In this document: piece by piece, positions 40,572 through 51,788 of the stretch
How the letters are laid out: every line of letters starts with the position of its first letter
Numbering within the stretch: position 1 is the first letter of the stretch
Source of the DNA: Haloferacaceae archaeon B1-Br10_E2g22
GTDB lineage: Archaea > Halobacteriota > Halobacteria > Halobacteriales > Haloferacaceae
Reading direction: 5' to 3'
Length of the DNA: 64,000 bases
Assembly: GCA_001563795.1 (NCBI GenBank)
Contig: LKML01000001.1
Span: 5,953-69,952 of the forward strand
Position numbers and translations under genes: made by a program
Notes under the pieces: model-generated
Databases searched by the model: none
Seen by the model: the letters and a program-made list of their open reading frames with translations, nothing else
What the model was told of the DNA's origin: nothing

Positions 40572-41948
40572 CTATCTGTCTGTTACGTTGGTTTTAGGCG
40601 ATGATACCGGAAATCGGTCGACCTGTTCGTCCTCGACGACATGTGGTTCGATGGTTCTCCCGTTGAGTTCGACTGGTTGACCGGCGGCGAGTTTGCCGAA
40701 CGCCGGCCCTTCAGGAATACCGAGGGTGGCAGCCTTCTGGGGATTAAAACTCGTATGGTGGGCTCGGATTTCCTCGGCGCTGCGTTCGATGCGTTCGTAT
40801 TTTGACCCTAGGATATCACAAAGCGATTCAATTATCCGCTCGAAATCGTCGGGCGCAGTGACTACAGCCGTGCCGGCGGGCAGCGTTCCCCCCTCGACAG
40901 TCTCGAAGGCGACAGTGTGGTCTGCGACGGCTCTCCATACCTTCTTTCTGTCTACCGCGTGTGCGGCTGCGATGAGTTCATTAGGCAGCGAGAGAGCCTG
41001 GCAGTCGTCCGTGCCGGCTGGGGCCTCACCGAATCGGAGTCCGTTCGTAACGGACGATAACTCTGTTTCAAGCCGCTCAACAACAGCCAACGGCCGGTCG
41101 CCGACCGTTCGCAGCCAGGTTTCGGAGACAACGCGATAGCCTACTTGTTCGATAATGGCCTCGAGTTCGGGATTCTCACCGTCTACGACAGCCAACTCGG
41201 CGGCACTTGCTTCAAACACGGCTTCGATTACATCGCTGTGTGCCGCTGGGTCGCCCATCGCCTCGAGTTGCCATGCCGAGCCGATGTGGCCGACCGCCCA
41301 CGCGGTGTCGGTAACGATTCGCTCACAGCGAGGCGTGTAATGGCCGCCGCCAAACCCGACAACCTGGCGCGGTTCGCCGCCGATCGTATGGTCAGCCGTA
41401 ACGTCCTGCAACTCAAAGACGGCATCAGCAACCGCGGCTGCTCCTTTGGGGTCGTCCCATTGGTCGTCGTCGCTACCGAGTTCGACGAACAGCGACGGAA
41501 CCGAACAGGCCGTCGGGCCGTGATGGGTACACTCGATGCCGACATCATAGCCGTCGGGTGCGTGGGCCTCGAGGGCCTCAACAACAGCCTTCTGCATGCC
41601 GGGGGCGGCGCGCGCGAACGCTCCCGGCTGGCCGCCGTAGTCTGCAGAGCCAAAATTCCCGGTGAAATGGGCGGTCAAAAGCGGGCCGGTCTCGCCGGCG
41701 TGTCGGGAGACGAAAACAATGGCCTCGAGACACTCCGGTTTCGAAAAGGCAGCTTCGGGTTCGGTGAGTTCGACATGCATCGTCTCGAACGCCCGGAGTT
41801 CGAACCCCTCGCGTCGGTAGAACTCACCGCCGCCGTCGGCGTCGGGACGCTGGGTGTCAGTGTGGACAGTCCAGTCGAGTCGTTCGAGGAGGTGTTGACC
41901 GATGTGTTCCGAGGCGCGGTCGGCCCGGCTGACAACGATTCCGATCAC
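40572..41948 (-). CDS. dtdA: D-aminoacyl-tRNA deacylase (DTD2) with long C-terminal extension
   Basis: [34 protein letters not shown]. Confidence 0.92.
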   Translation of the reverse strand: MIGIVVSRADRASEHIGQHLLERLDWTVHTDTQRPDADGGGEFYRREGFELRAFETMHVELTEPEAAFSKPECLEAIVFVSRHAGETGPLLTAHFTGNFGSADYGGQPGAFARAAPGMQKAVVEALEAHAPDGYDVGIECTHHGPTACSVPSLFVELGSDDDQWDDPKGAAAVADAVFELQDVTADHTIGGEPRQVVGFGGGHYTPRCERIVTDTAWAVGHIGSAWQLEAMGDPAAHSDVIEAVFEASAAELAVVDGENPELEAIIEQVGYRVVSETWLRTVGDRPLAVVERLETELSSVTNGLRFGEAPAGTDDCQALSLPNELIAAAHAVDRKKVWRAVADHTVAFETVEGGTLPAGTAVVTAPDDFERIIESLCDILGSKYERIERSAEEIRAHHTSFNPQKAATLGIPEGPAFGKLAAGQPVELNGRTIEPHVVEDEQVDRFPVSSPKTNVTDR

Positions 41949-42408
41949 AGTCGTATTCTGCACTCGGTTCGCAAAACGTCACCGCTTGGTGCTGGACCGA
42001 CAGCTACGGGTTGGTAGTCGGTCAACGTTCCATAGAACACATTGTGTGGTCTGTATAGCTCTTTTTTACAGGACGCCTCTGTAAGACGACTCGCGCGTAT
42101 CTTGTGTGGAATCGAGTATCATCGAACGCCGTACTCCAATCTCGTGTATTCATTCACAGCCACACAGGGAATTTTTCTCAGGAGGTTCTCTGCACATACA
42201 GTCGACTCAGCAGTAAGCGTACCGTCATTTACATTTACGATGGTGTGAGCGCGGTTAAAACCCACAAGTAGTGATAGCGCTATTTCGATACTGTTCTGTC
42301 CTCCTCGATCACGGTGAGCCAACTGTCACTATGATGCGCTGACTCGACAGCAAGCCCATGCCGGTAGCGTGCGGAGAGCGTTTAACCCCACCATCCCAAA
42401 CGTATCGT

Positions 42409-43218
42409 ATGGATGTCTACGGTCTGGTCGGTAACCCTGTCGGCCACTCTGTGTCACCGCCGATGCACGAGGCGGCCTACGCGGAACTCGAGTTGGACGC
42501 ATCGTACGTCGCCTTCGAACCGGCTGTTGAGGAGGTCGCCGACGCCCTCGAGGGTGCCGAAACGCTCGGAATTGCCGGACTGAATGTGACGATTCCGTTC
42601 AAACAAGACGTCTTGGAGTACCTCGAGGCCGACCCACTGGCCGAACGAATCGGTGCGGTCAACACGATCGACTTTCGAGCCGATGGCGAGCCAGTCGGCT
42701 ACAACACTGATGCAATCGGGATCACACGCTCGTTCGAACATCACGGCGTCGAGTTGGATGGCAGAAAGGCCGTGGTGGTCGGAGCCGGCGGGGCTGGTCG
42801 TGCGGCGGCGTTTGCGCTGTCGGATGCCGGCTGTGAGGTTCATATCGCCAACCGGACGGTTGACAAAGCGATTGATCTCGCCTCGCAGGTACCACACGCG
42901 TCGGGCGGCAGCCTCGAGACGCTTGATTCACAGCTCGCAGAAGCCTCGGTGCTGCTCAACGCCACAAGTGTCGGCATGAAATCCGACGAGACGCCCGTCT
43001 CCGGCGAGTTACTCCACGGGGAGTTGACTGTGCTCGATGCTGTCTATGCGCCGCTGGAAACCAGACTCCTCCGGGATGCACGCGAGGCTGGAGCCGACAC
43101 CGTCGATGGCGCTTGGATGCTGCTGTTTCAGGGCGTCGAAGCCTTCGAGTTGTGGACTGGCCGAGACGCACCTGTAGACGCGATGAACCGCGTGTTGCGT
43201 GAGGAGCTCACACACTAA
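42409..43218 (+). CDS. aroE: Shikimate dehydrogenase
   Basis: [44 protein letters not shown]. Confidence 0.95.
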   Translation: MDVYGLVGNPVGHSVSPPMHEAAYAELELDASYVAFEPAVEEVADALEGAETLGIAGLNVTIPFKQDVLEYLEADPLAERIGAVNTIDFRADGEPVGYNTDAIGITRSFEHHGVELDGRKAVVVGAGGAGRAAAFALSDAGCEVHIANRTVDKAIDLASQVPHASGGSLETLDSQLAEASVLLNATSVGMKSDETPVSGELLHGELTVLDAVYAPLETRLLRDAREAGADTVDGAWMLLFQGVEAFELWTGRDAPVDAMNRVLREELTH

Positions 43219-43295
43219 CTCGGGTGACACGCTGTTTGCTTTGGTTCTGAAACCTCCTTGTACATTTAAATACAGTCGTCATATACGTACACCTA

Positions 43296-43898
43296 ATGGC
43301 CCTACTGAGCAAACTGAAGTCGATTCTGGGGATCGGCGGGAGTCCTGAAAACGAGGAACGTACGGATACATCCGTGACAGTCGAACACGAGGCCACCGAC
43401 CGGACGAACGGCGATCACGATGAAAAAGACAGTGACGCCGCCGAATCAACCGACCAGACTGGCGACGCCGCTGATGAGGCTGTTGCAGCTGGCACGGACG
43501 CATCGGCTTCGACGGCCTCGTTGACTGAAACTGGCGAGCCCGAAACCGAGACCGCGACCGAACCTGCTGAGGCCGCGGGCCCACCGACCGACCCTCTCGA
43601 TGACGAACCGACCGACCGCGAGGTAGATGACGTTATCGACGAAGCCGAAGACAACGAAAGCGATGACGATCCAGAAGAATCAGCTGATGCTGCCGAACTA
43701 GACAACGCCGAACCGTCGAATACAGCAGATCTCACGGCGATCAAAGGCATCGGCCCGGCCTACTCCGACCGACTCAACTCTGCGGGCATCGATTCAGTTG
43801 GGGCGCTGGCTGCGGCTGACGCCGAGACGCTGGGCGAACAGATCGATGTTTCGCCGAAAATCGTCAGCGACTGGATTGATCGCGCCACAGACCAGTAG
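43296..43898 (+). CDS. Helix-hairpin-helix domain protein with acidic linker
   Basis: C-terminal [21 protein letters not shown] HhH; N-terminal [12 protein letters not shown]. Confidence 0.85.
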   Translation: MALLSKLKSILGIGGSPENEERTDTSVTVEHEATDRTNGDHDEKDSDAAESTDQTGDAADEAVAAGTDASASTASLTETGEPETETATEPAEAAGPPTDPLDDEPTDREVDDVIDEAEDNESDDDPEESADAAELDNAEPSNTADLTAIKGIGPAYSDRLNSAGIDSVGALAAADAETLGEQIDVSPKIVSDWIDRATDQ

Positions 43899-43969
43899 GG
43901 CCCGCTGTTTTCGGTTATCCGCTCGCCAAACGCGAAACTGTTACACGCAGGCAGCCATTTCATAGCCAT

Positions 43970-45529
43970 ATGTCAACACCGACCGTCATCACCGACCGTG
44001 CGGCCTTTCGGTCGGTTGCCACCGACGCGCCACCGGGCGGGCGTGTCCCTATCGAGATTACACTCGAGGTCGAAGATCCGTTTACGGCATACCGACGTGC
44101 CCGCGACGGCCCCGGCGGCGTGTTTCTTGAGACGACCGGCGGCCAGTCCGGTTGGGGATATTTCGCCACCGAACCAGCAGAACGGCTGACAGTTTCGGCC
44201 GATGCTGTTGTCGCCGACGCCACACCCGAGACGGCCGCAGTGGGCGACTACCAGCGCGAGACTCCGTCGCTTGCAGCCCTCGAGGGACTGTTGTCGGGCG
44301 AAACACTCGTTCGTGGCGACTGTCCGGTGCCGTATCCTTGCGGTGCGTTTGGCTGGCTGTCGTACGATATCGCCCGCGAACTCGAGGATCTTCCAGACAC
44401 TCGCTCCGACCGCGGACTGTCCCGACTCCAGGTCAGCGTCTTCGATTGTGTGGCTGCCTGGGAAGAACCCCAGGACAGACCCGTTAGACTGCACGTTACC
44501 TGTTGTCCGACTATACCTGATGAGGCTGATTCTGCCTCGCTCGAGTCGGTTTACGAGACGGGCCTCAAGCGGGCACAAGAGCTTGCGAAGGCAGCAACCG
44601 AGGGCGATCCGTCGGTTGGTCAACCGCCGGTTTCGGCCACCGAAGCCCAGTTTGAAAGCGACTGTGGCCGCGCTGCGTTCGCCGACCGGGTTCGACAGAT
44701 CAAACAGTACATTCGGGACGGCGATACCTTCCAGGTCAACCTCTCACAGTCGTTGAGCGCACCCGCCGCAGTCCATCCGGTGGCAGCCTATGATGCCCTC
44801 AGACGAGTGAATCCGGCACCCTACTCTGGATTGCTCGAGTTTTCAGGACGCGGCACCAATCGCTGGGACGGCTTAGATCTCGTAAGCGCCAGTCCTGAAC
44901 TGCTGTTGGAGCGTGTCGGCGACCAACTCCGAACCGAACCCATCGCTGGCACTCGCCCGCGGGGGCGGACTCCCGAAGCAGACGACACCCTCGAGACGGA
45001 TCTCTGTTCGGACACAAAAGAACGCGCCGAACATGCGATGCTGGTTGATCTCGAGCGTAACGACCTGGGCAAGGTCAGTTCTTTCGGCAGTGTCGAAGTC
45101 AGCGAGTACCGCCGGGTAGATCGCTACTCGGAGGTAATGCATCTCGTCTCGCTGGTCGAAGGCCGGCTCCGAGACGATCGCTCGCTGGCCGACGCCGTCG
45201 CGGCCACCTTCCCCGGCGGGACGATCACCGGTGCGCCCAAACCCCGGACGATGGAGATCATCGAGGAACTCGAGGCCACAAAACGCGGCCCCTACACTGG
45301 GAGTATGGCGATATTTGGCTTTGACGGCCGGGCAACGCTCAACATCATCATTCGAACGCTCAGTCGCTACGGCGAGGAGTACCGCCTGCGTGTCGGTGCT
45401 GGCATCGTCCACGATTCGGAGCCTGAAGCCGAGTACGACGAAACGATGGACAAAGGCCGCGCGCTTATCACCGCAATCGATGAGGCACTTACCAGCGGGC
45501 GACTGACCCTCGAGGAGCCAGCCGAATGA
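43970..45529 (+). CDS. pabB: Aminodeoxychorismate synthase component I
   Basis: Chorismate-binding motifs [32 protein letters not shown]; in operon with pabA and pabC. Confidence 0.88.
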   Translation: MSTPTVITDRAAFRSVATDAPPGGRVPIEITLEVEDPFTAYRRARDGPGGVFLETTGGQSGWGYFATEPAERLTVSADAVVADATPETAAVGDYQRETPSLAALEGLLSGETLVRGDCPVPYPCGAFGWLSYDIARELEDLPDTRSDRGLSRLQVSVFDCVAAWEEPQDRPVRLHVTCCPTIPDEADSASLESVYETGLKRAQELAKAATEGDPSVGQPPVSATEAQFESDCGRAAFADRVRQIKQYIRDGDTFQVNLSQSLSAPAAVHPVAAYDALRRVNPAPYSGLLEFSGRGTNRWDGLDLVSASPELLLERVGDQLRTEPIAGTRPRGRTPEADDTLETDLCSDTKERAEHAMLVDLERNDLGKVSSFGSVEVSEYRRVDRYSEVMHLVSLVEGRLRDDRSLADAVAATFPGGTITGAPKPRTMEIIEELEATKRGPYTGSMAIFGFDGRATLNIIIRTLSRYGEEYRLRVGAGIVHDSEPEAEYDETMDKGRALITAIDEALTSGRLTLEEPAE

Positions 45530-46161
45530 CAACGACTCCACAGCGTGCTGTTGGCATCGATGCCGGCAATGTCGAGGGCGGGCCGCGTATTTTAGTCGTC
45601 GACAACTATGATTCGTTCGTCTACAACCTCGTCCAGTACGTCGGCGAGTTTGCCGGTGAGGTGGCCGTCAGGCGAAACGACCGGGTCGATCCGGCGGCGA
45701 TTCGGCAGCTTGAGCCCGACGGTATCGTGCTATCGCCCGGTCCCGGCACTCCACAGTCGGCAGGAGTCTCGATGGATGTCTTTGATCTCGAATGTCCGGT
45801 GTTCGGTGTCTGTCTGGGCCATCAGGCGATGTGTGCGGCCCTTGGCGCACCGGTCGGCCACGCCCCCGATGTGGTACATGGCAAACCCTCCGAAATCAGC
45901 CACGACGGGAAAGGGCTGTTCGAAGGGTTGGCCGAGACATTCAGTGTTGGCCGGTACCACTCGTTGTGTGTCGAGCGTACAGACCTGCCTGATCCACTGG
46001 TCGAGACTGCCCACACGACCGACGAACGCGAGGTCGTCATGGGAGTGCGACACCGCAACAAACCCCACTTCGGTGTGCAGTTTCATCCAGAAAGCATCCT
46101 CACTGACGACGGCAAACAGATGGTTGAAAACTTCGTCAACCGGTGTGAGACGAATGAGTGA
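45526..46161 (+). CDS. pabA: Aminodeoxychorismate synthase glutamine amidotransferase
   Basis: DNYDSF, SPGPG, GVCLGHQ, RYHSL, QFHPES. Confidence 0.9.
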   Translation: MTTTPQRAVGIDAGNVEGGPRILVVDNYDSFVYNLVQYVGEFAGEVAVRRNDRVDPAAIRQLEPDGIVLSPGPGTPQSAGVSMDVFDLECPVFGVCLGHQAMCAALGAPVGHAPDVVHGKPSEISHDGKGLFEGLAETFSVGRYHSLCVERTDLPDPLVETAHTTDEREVVMGVRHRNKPHFGVQFHPESILTDDGKQMVENFVNRCETNE

Positions 46162-47038
46162 GCGATTGTATCACCTCAACGGCGAACTTGTCGCTGCCGA
46201 TGAGGCAACCGTCAGCGTTGAGGATCGTGGCTTTTTGTACGGCGATGCCGCTTTCGAGACGATGCGGGCCTACGGGGGCCACGTTTTTGGGTGGGACGCA
46301 CACATGGATCGGCTCGCCGAAACCTGCGAGATTCTCGGCCTCGAGCACGGACTCTCCCAGAACGACCTCAAAACGCGCGTCAATGAGACTCTCGAGGCCA
46401 ACGACCTCAACGAAGCCTACATTCGGCTATCGATCACCCGTGGCGTCCAACCGGGGAAACTCACACCTCGTCGGGACGTCACTCCCACTGTTGTTATCAT
46501 CGTCAAACCGCTAGCTCGCGGCGGCCGTGAAGGCACACCCGTCTGGGAGGGCCCGGCAACCCTCCAGACGGTCAAAACCAAACGCGTTCCTGATGCTGCA
46601 GTCCCCGCACGCGCGAAAACACACAACTACCTCAACGGCATTCTGGCCCGCCTCGAACTCCGGGTGACCGACGCCGACGAGGCGCTCATGGTAGACCTCG
46701 AGGGGAAACTCACAGAGGGTGCGACCAGCAACCTGTTTTTCGTCCAAGACAACGCCCTTCGGACTCCTTCTCTCGAGTGTCCTGTCCTGCCGGGGATCAC
46801 CCGTCGGGTCGTCATGGAACTCGCCGCTGACGAAGGAATCCCACTCGAGGAAGGCCACTACACCCCCGACCAGGTTCGACAGGCCGATGAGGTGTTTGTG
46901 ACGAACTCGACGTGGGAGATCCGCCCTGTCGAGGTTGTAGACGGGATTTCGATCGGTGAGACTCCGGGTGCCGGTTCGCTCACGACGCTGCTTTCTCGGC
47001 TGTTCGATTCGCGGATCGAAACACAATATTACGGCTGA
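46154..47038 (+). CDS. pabC: Class IV aminotransferase-like protein, probable aminodeoxychorismate lyase
   Basis: DRGFLYGDAAFETMR, AKTHNY, EGATSNLF, LPGITR; start MSERLY at 46154. Confidence 0.85.
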   Translation: MSERLYHLNGELVAADEATVSVEDRGFLYGDAAFETMRAYGGHVFGWDAHMDRLAETCEILGLEHGLSQNDLKTRVNETLEANDLNEAYIRLSITRGVQPGKLTPRRDVTPTVVIIVKPLARGGREGTPVWEGPATLQTVKTKRVPDAAVPARAKTHNYLNGILARLELRVTDADEALMVDLEGKLTEGATSNLFFVQDNALRTPSLECPVLPGITRRVVMELAADEGIPLEEGHYTPDQVRQADEVFVTNSTWEIRPVEVVDGISIGETPGAGSLTTLLSRLFDSRIETQYYG

Positions 47039-47078
47039 ACGTACAGGCTTAACTCACCAGAGTTGGTACAGACGCCCA

Positions 47079-47498
47079 ATGAGTTCGGCGAGTCGGATCA
47101 CGTCAGTTGAGGACGTTCCAGCGGACACAACGCTTGTCTATCGCCTGCGACCGGTCGGCGGCGACGAATCAAAAGAGGCAATTTTGCTTCGTGATACAGA
47201 AGGTGTCGTCTCGTGGCTCAACTACTGTCAGCACTTTACACACATCAAACTCGACAAGGGCTCGGGCGCAGAGATTCGCAACGGCGAAGTAATCTGTACC
47301 AACCATGGCGCATATTTCGAGATCGACAGCGGTCAATGTACTCACGGGCCATGTGAGGGTGCGTACTTAACTGAGGTTGAGGTGGCCGTCGAGGAGGATC
47401 TGGTAGTGCTGATCGACGACGACTACGAGTTTGTCGGCCTTGGCGAGATCGAAACCGCACCGGACGATCTGGGCTCGAAATCAAACTACGAATTCTGA
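47079..47498 (+). CDS. Soluble Rieske [2Fe-2S] ferredoxin
   Basis: CQH and CTNH ligand motifs, GPC; no signal peptide or TM helix; start at 47079. Confidence 0.88.
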   Translation: MSSASRITSVEDVPADTTLVYRLRPVGGDESKEAILLRDTEGVVSWLNYCQHFTHIKLDKGSGAEIRNGEVICTNHGAYFEIDSGQCTHGPCEGAYLTEVEVAVEEDLVVLIDDDYEFVGLGEIETAPDDLGSKSNYEF

Positions 47499-47603
47499 TT
47501 TTGGACGGTCGTACTGACGAATTCTGCAGAGTTGGCGGTTTTGCGCCCACGTTCAGATCTGATTTTCTCGCCGTCTAAGTGTTATCGAAAGGGTGTAAAA
47601 TCA

Positions 47604-47678
47604 TAGCGGGAAGTAGATTTGAACTACCGATCTCCGGGTTATGAGCCCGGCGGAATCTCCTGGCTATCCCATCCCGCT
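47604..47678 (-). tRNA. Initiator tRNA-Met (CAU)
   Basis: Reverse complement AGCGGGA...CCGGG CTCATAA CCCGG...GTTCAAATC...TCCCGCT-A; A1-U72 pair and three G-C pairs in the anticodon stem; CCA not encoded. Confidence 0.96.
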
Positions 47679-47932
47679 ACCAAAACGAATGCCTCTGTTA
47701 CGGTTAAGGGTTATGATTCGACCGCAGTATGGCAGTTTTGACCGAGCCACAGCTTCTCAACCATCGAGACGTGATCACGCTTTTTAGACAGCTTTTTGAT
47801 TATTTGTCGGCAGCGCTTGCTGGTTTCGACGACAGAATCGATACGTCTTACTGATATCGGAGATGAGCCGAACCCGATGCAGCTATCTCACTCGCCGCCA
47901 GTTGCTGTTGCCGCCAAAATCAGTTTTCGCTA

Positions 47933-48916
47933 ATGGATCGCACTCAGTATCTCCCCGGCTTGGCGTTGCTCTGTGGCGCTGCGGTTCTCGCTCGAGCGAT
48001 TGGCTCGGTCACTGGCATCGAAGCGTTGCTCATCGCCATCGCGCTTGGGGTCGTCCTGGTAAACGGCCCCGGCGTTCCCGACGCCTGTCGAGCAGGGGTT
48101 GGCACACACACGTTGTGGCTGGCTGCCGGGATCGTCCTGATGGGGGCGTCGATCTCGCTTGCGGCTGTTCGTGAGGCTGGAATCGTTGTGTTGGGTGTCA
48201 CTGTCGTTGTCGCTGTCAGTACAATCGGTGTTGTCGAGGCCCTCTCGAGAGGTGTGTTCGGTTTGAGCGAGAAACTCGGTTCGCTGCTTGCTGCCGGCGC
48301 TGGGATCTGTGGCGTCTCGGCGGTTGTTGCTGTTGCAGGTGCGGTTCGTGCCCGCGAAGATCAGATCGCCTACGCGGCAGCAACCGTGCTGTTGTTCGAT
48401 GCAATCACGCTCGTCGTCTATCCGGTCGCCGGCCAACTTCTCGGGCTTTCGGACATCGTCTTCGGCATCTGGGCTGGCGTCAGCATGTTCTCGACAGGGC
48501 CGGTTGTCGCCGTCGGCTTTGCCTACTCGGAGGCCGCCGGCCAGTGGGCGACGCTCACCAAACTCTCACGAAACGCGCTGATCGGTGTCGTCGTACTCGT
48601 CTATGCAGCCGTCTACATGCGAACTACTTCCGAGCGTCGGCTGTCAGTACGGCTACTCTGGGCTGAGTTTCCGACGTTCGTTCTCGGCTTTCTCGCACTC
48701 GCCATTATCGGGAGTCTTGGCGTTTTTTCTGAAACGCATCGTACGGTGATCGATACGGCCTACAACTGGCTGTTTCTGATGGCGTTCGTGGGACTCGGTA
48801 CCGAAATCGAACTTCACGAACTCAGAGCTGCCGGTGTTCGTCCCGTCATCGTTGTGTTCGTTTCGCTCATTGTCGCCAGTACGCTCGCGCTCAGTCTGTT
48901 GACACTGGTGTTTTAA
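47933..48916 (+). CDS. YeiH/PSE-family (putative sulfate exporter) membrane protein
   Basis: AGAGICGVSAVVA, GIWAG, TLTKLSRN, AFVGLG; about ten TM helices. Confidence 0.88.
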   Translation: MDRTQYLPGLALLCGAAVLARAIGSVTGIEALLIAIALGVVLVNGPGVPDACRAGVGTHTLWLAAGIVLMGASISLAAVREAGIVVLGVTVVVAVSTIGVVEALSRGVFGLSEKLGSLLAAGAGICGVSAVVAVAGAVRAREDQIAYAAATVLLFDAITLVVYPVAGQLLGLSDIVFGIWAGVSMFSTGPVVAVGFAYSEAAGQWATLTKLSRNALIGVVVLVYAAVYMRTTSERRLSVRLLWAEFPTFVLGFLALAIIGSLGVFSETHRTVIDTAYNWLFLMAFVGLGTEIELHELRAAGVRPVIVVFVSLIVASTLALSLLTLVF

Positions 48917-48967
48917 CACAGAATGCTGGCCGAGTTGATGGCTGGCTGAAAACGGAGTGACCGCAGG

Positions 48968-49234
48968 TTACACCGAGAGTTCGTTGCGGGCTTCGACCAC
49001 ATCAAGCGCGTCGGCGTCGATGGTGTCGACCTCGAGCCAGTGGGGTACATACTGGCGTTTCTCGTAGGTTTCGTGTTCGTCTTCGGTGCCGATGGTACAC
49101 CACAACTGAACCTCATCAGGGCCGTGCCAGTCACCCTGGCGCTGGATGCTGAAACAGATCTGTTCTTCCCCATCGTAGTTGATGATTGCACCCTTGCGGA
49201 TGCCGGGGTCGCCGTTGACGATGAGTTGTTGCAT
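48968..49234 (-). CDS. Conserved haloarchaeal protein divergent from rpl44e
   Basis: MQQLIVNGDPGIRKGAII..QGDWHGPDEVQLWCTIG. Confidence 0.8.
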   Translation of the reverse strand: MQQLIVNGDPGIRKGAIINYDGEEQICFSIQRQGDWHGPDEVQLWCTIGTEDEHETYEKRQYVPHWLEVDTIDADALDVVEARNELSV

Positions 49235-49398
49235 ACCCGAATTTGAGATGGCTCGGTGCTTAATGGCTTCGGAACACAGCATTCATCGATTACCCAATTG
49301 CTGTGGGAGCACATCCCACGAAACCGCCGCAGCGAGTCGCGTCGAACCAAACGGGTTTTAACGGGCGACGCCAAACCACGGACAAGGTAGATCTCACT

Positions 49399-49683
49399 AT
49401 GGAAATGCCACGCCGAATGAATACGTACTGTCCGCACTGTGATGCCCACTTCGAACACGAAGTCGAAAAAGTCCGCACGGGTCGTTCGACAGGGATGAAA
49501 AAGGTTCAAGACCGCCAGCGAAAGCGCGCCAAATCCACTATCGGGAACGCAGGGAAGTTCTCGAAGGTGCCCGGTGGCGACAAACCAACCAAGAAGACGA
49601 ACCTCAAATACCGCTGTAGTGACTGCGGAAAAGCCCACATGCGCAAAGGATGGCGCGCTGGCCGGCTGACCTTCCAGGAGTAA
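49399..49683 (+). CDS. rpl44e: 50S ribosomal protein L44e (eL42)
   Basis: [31 protein letters not shown]. Confidence 0.97.
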   Translation: MEMPRRMNTYCPHCDAHFEHEVEKVRTGRSTGMKKVQDRQRKRAKSTIGNAGKFSKVPGGDKPTKKTNLKYRCSDCGKAHMRKGWRAGRLTFQE

Positions 49684-49685
49684 CC

Positions 49686-49859
49686 ATGCCAGGAAACTAC
49701 GTCCGCGTCAAATGTGGAGACTGTGAGAACGAACAGATCGTCTTCGAGAAGGCCGCTACCGTCGTCAGCTGTGCGGTCTGTGGGACGACGCTGGCTGTCC
49801 CGACCGGCGGCATGGCCGAAATCGACCACGAAGTCGTCGAGACCGTCGAAGCACGATAA
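49686..49859 (+). CDS. rps27e: 30S ribosomal protein S27e
   Basis: VKCGDCENEQIVF..CAVCGTTLAVPTGG. Confidence 0.97.
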   Translation: MPGNYVRVKCGDCENEQIVFEKAATVVSCAVCGTTLAVPTGGMAEIDHEVVETVEAR

Positions 49860-49883
49860 CCCTGATTTAGAAGGTTTCAATCA

Positions 49884-50684
49884 ATGCAATACAGTGGCTG
49901 GCCCGAACCGGGTGATCTGGTCGTCGGCAAAGTCGACGAGATCACCGATTTCGGTGTCTTCGTCGACCTCGAGGAGTACGAAAACAAACGCGGGCTCGCC
50001 CACATCAGCGAGGTCGCAAGCGGGTGGATCAAAAACGTTCGCGATCACGTCCGGGAGGGCCAAACCGTCGTCGCGAAAGTCCTGGATGTCAACGAGAGCT
50101 CCCAGCAGATCGATCTCTCAATCAAAGACGTCAACGAACACCAGCACAAAGACAAAATCCAGGAGTGGAAAAACGAACAAAAGGCAGACAACTGGATGGA
50201 ACTGGCTCTCGGCGAGGACGTCGAGGACGAACTCTACGGCGCAGTCGCCAACGAGTTGCTTGGCGAGTATGAAACGCTGTACGATGCGTTCGAACAGGCT
50301 GCCATCCACGGCCAAGAGGCCCTCGAGGATACCGACCTCGACGAAGACGAACTCGAGGCCATCGTCGAGACGGCCCGTGAGAACGTCTCTGTGCCCTACG
50401 TCAACGTCACCGGCTATGTCGATCTCGAGTGTCCAACTCCAGAGGGTGTTGATGTGGTTAAAGATGCCCTCAAAGCTGCCGAAGGAAACGGCGAAATCCC
50501 ACCGGAAGTCGAACTCTCTGTCTCGTATGTTGGTTCGCCTGAGTACCGGATCAAAGTTCGCGCGCCGGATTACAAAACCGCCGAACGTGAACTCGAGGCC
50601 AGCGCCGACCGGGCCAAATCGGCTATCGAAGCAAACGGTGGCAGCGGTGAGTATCATCGCGAGCGGCGCGAAGAAGACGAGTAG
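49884..50684 (+). CDS. eif2a: Translation initiation factor aIF-2 alpha
   Basis: S1 domain [33 protein letters not shown]. Confidence 0.96.
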   Translation: MQYSGWPEPGDLVVGKVDEITDFGVFVDLEEYENKRGLAHISEVASGWIKNVRDHVREGQTVVAKVLDVNESSQQIDLSIKDVNEHQHKDKIQEWKNEQKADNWMELALGEDVEDELYGAVANELLGEYETLYDAFEQAAIHGQEALEDTDLDEDELEAIVETARENVSVPYVNVTGYVDLECPTPEGVDVVKDALKAAEGNGEIPPEVELSVSYVGSPEYRIKVRAPDYKTAERELEASADRAKSAIEANGGSGEYHRERREEDE

Positions 50685-50867
50685 ATGAAATCCGACATTC
50701 GGATCTGTTCTGTCTGGGAGTCCGAACACGACCGGCCGGTGTACGCACTCGGCGAGTCGTGTCCTGACTGCGGAGCGCCGACCGAAAACAGCGCGCCGGC
50801 TCCGTTTAGTCCCGAAGACCCCTACGGCGAGTACCGACGGGCTCTTAAGCGGCGCGAACGCGAGTAG
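50685..50867 (+). CDS. nop10: H/ACA RNP protein Nop10
   Basis: CPDCG, PAPFSPEDPYGEYRR; conserved operon position. Confidence 0.95.
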   Translation: MKSDIRICSVWESEHDRPVYALGESCPDCGAPTENSAPAPFSPEDPYGEYRRALKRRERE

Positions 50868-50871
50868 AGCC

Positions 50872-51639
50872 ATGAACGAGATTGATATCGAACACGTCGC
50901 CGAGCGGTCGCTTTCGGAGCCCGTTCTTATCGAGGGGTTACCAGGCGTCGGCCATATCGGCAAGCTCGTCGCCGAACATCTCATAGAGGAGTTCGAAAGC
51001 GAGTGCGTTCGCCGCATCTATGCTGATGAGTTTCCACCACAGGTGACCGTCGACGACGAAGGTGTCACAGAACTCACCGCCGCAACGCTTCATGCAATCG
51101 AAACGCCGGATGAAACGCCGGATCTGCTCGTGTTGAGTGGTGATCATCAGGCCGCAACGAACGCCGGCCACTACAAACTCACCGATGCGTTTCTTGATGT
51201 CGCTGAATCGTTCGACGTCGAGACCGTCTATGCGCTCGGTGGCGTCCCAACAGGCGAACTCGTCGAAGAGTACACTGTGTTGGGTGCGGTCACCGACAGT
51301 GAACTCAAAGCACCGCTCGAGGCCGCCGGTGTCGAGTTCCGGTCGGACGAACCAGCCGGCGGCATTGTCGGTGTAAGCGGGTTGTTGCTCGGGCTTGGTG
51401 AGCGTCGGGGGCTGGATGCAACGTGTCTGATGGGCGAGACCAGTGGCTATCTCGTTGATCCGAAAAGTGCCCAAGCTGTTCTCGAAGTGCTTCAGGAAGT
51501 CCTCGGCTTCGAGGTTGATTTCGGGTCGCTCGAAGAACGCGCCGAAGAGATGGAAGAAGTCGTCGGTAAAATCCAAGAGATGCAGGCCCAACAACAACAG
51601 CAGATGATTCCTGACGACGAACTGCGGTACATTGGCTGA
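50872..51639 (+). CDS. Proteasome assembly chaperone (PAC2) family protein
   Basis: IEGLPGVGHIGKL, GDHQ, CLMGETSGY..DPKSA, C-terminal YIG. Confidence 0.9.
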   Translation: MNEIDIEHVAERSLSEPVLIEGLPGVGHIGKLVAEHLIEEFESECVRRIYADEFPPQVTVDDEGVTELTAATLHAIETPDETPDLLVLSGDHQAATNAGHYKLTDAFLDVAESFDVETVYALGGVPTGELVEEYTVLGAVTDSELKAPLEAAGVEFRSDEPAGGIVGVSGLLLGLGERRGLDATCLMGETSGYLVDPKSAQAVLEVLQEVLGFEVDFGSLEERAEEMEEVVGKIQEMQAQQQQQMIPDDELRYIG

Positions 51640-51788
51640 CGGCCCACACCTCGAGTCCCAGTAGGAGCGGATTACTCGTATTTTGTCTACTGACGGCTTC
51701 GTCGACTGATCAGGTCTGTTGTCTCCGCCAGTGACCGGTGAGTGCTCCTGAGCCAAGGTTTTACCACATTCGGCACAACGGAGCCTGT

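Noticed and set aside
45608-46153. Apparent 476-aa N-terminally extended pabC; likewise the 365-aa extension of DUF35 (52249-52950)
   Set aside because: The extensions are off-frame readings of pabA and the thiolase; real starts are at 46154 and 52951
47079-47498. Rieske protein as the missing PetA
   Set aside because: Small soluble ferredoxin type with no Tat signal or membrane anchor, 20 kb from the pet cluster
47679-47932. Integrated element at initiator tRNA-Met
   Set aside because: No integrase, no duplicated tRNA end and normal composition of the flanking genes
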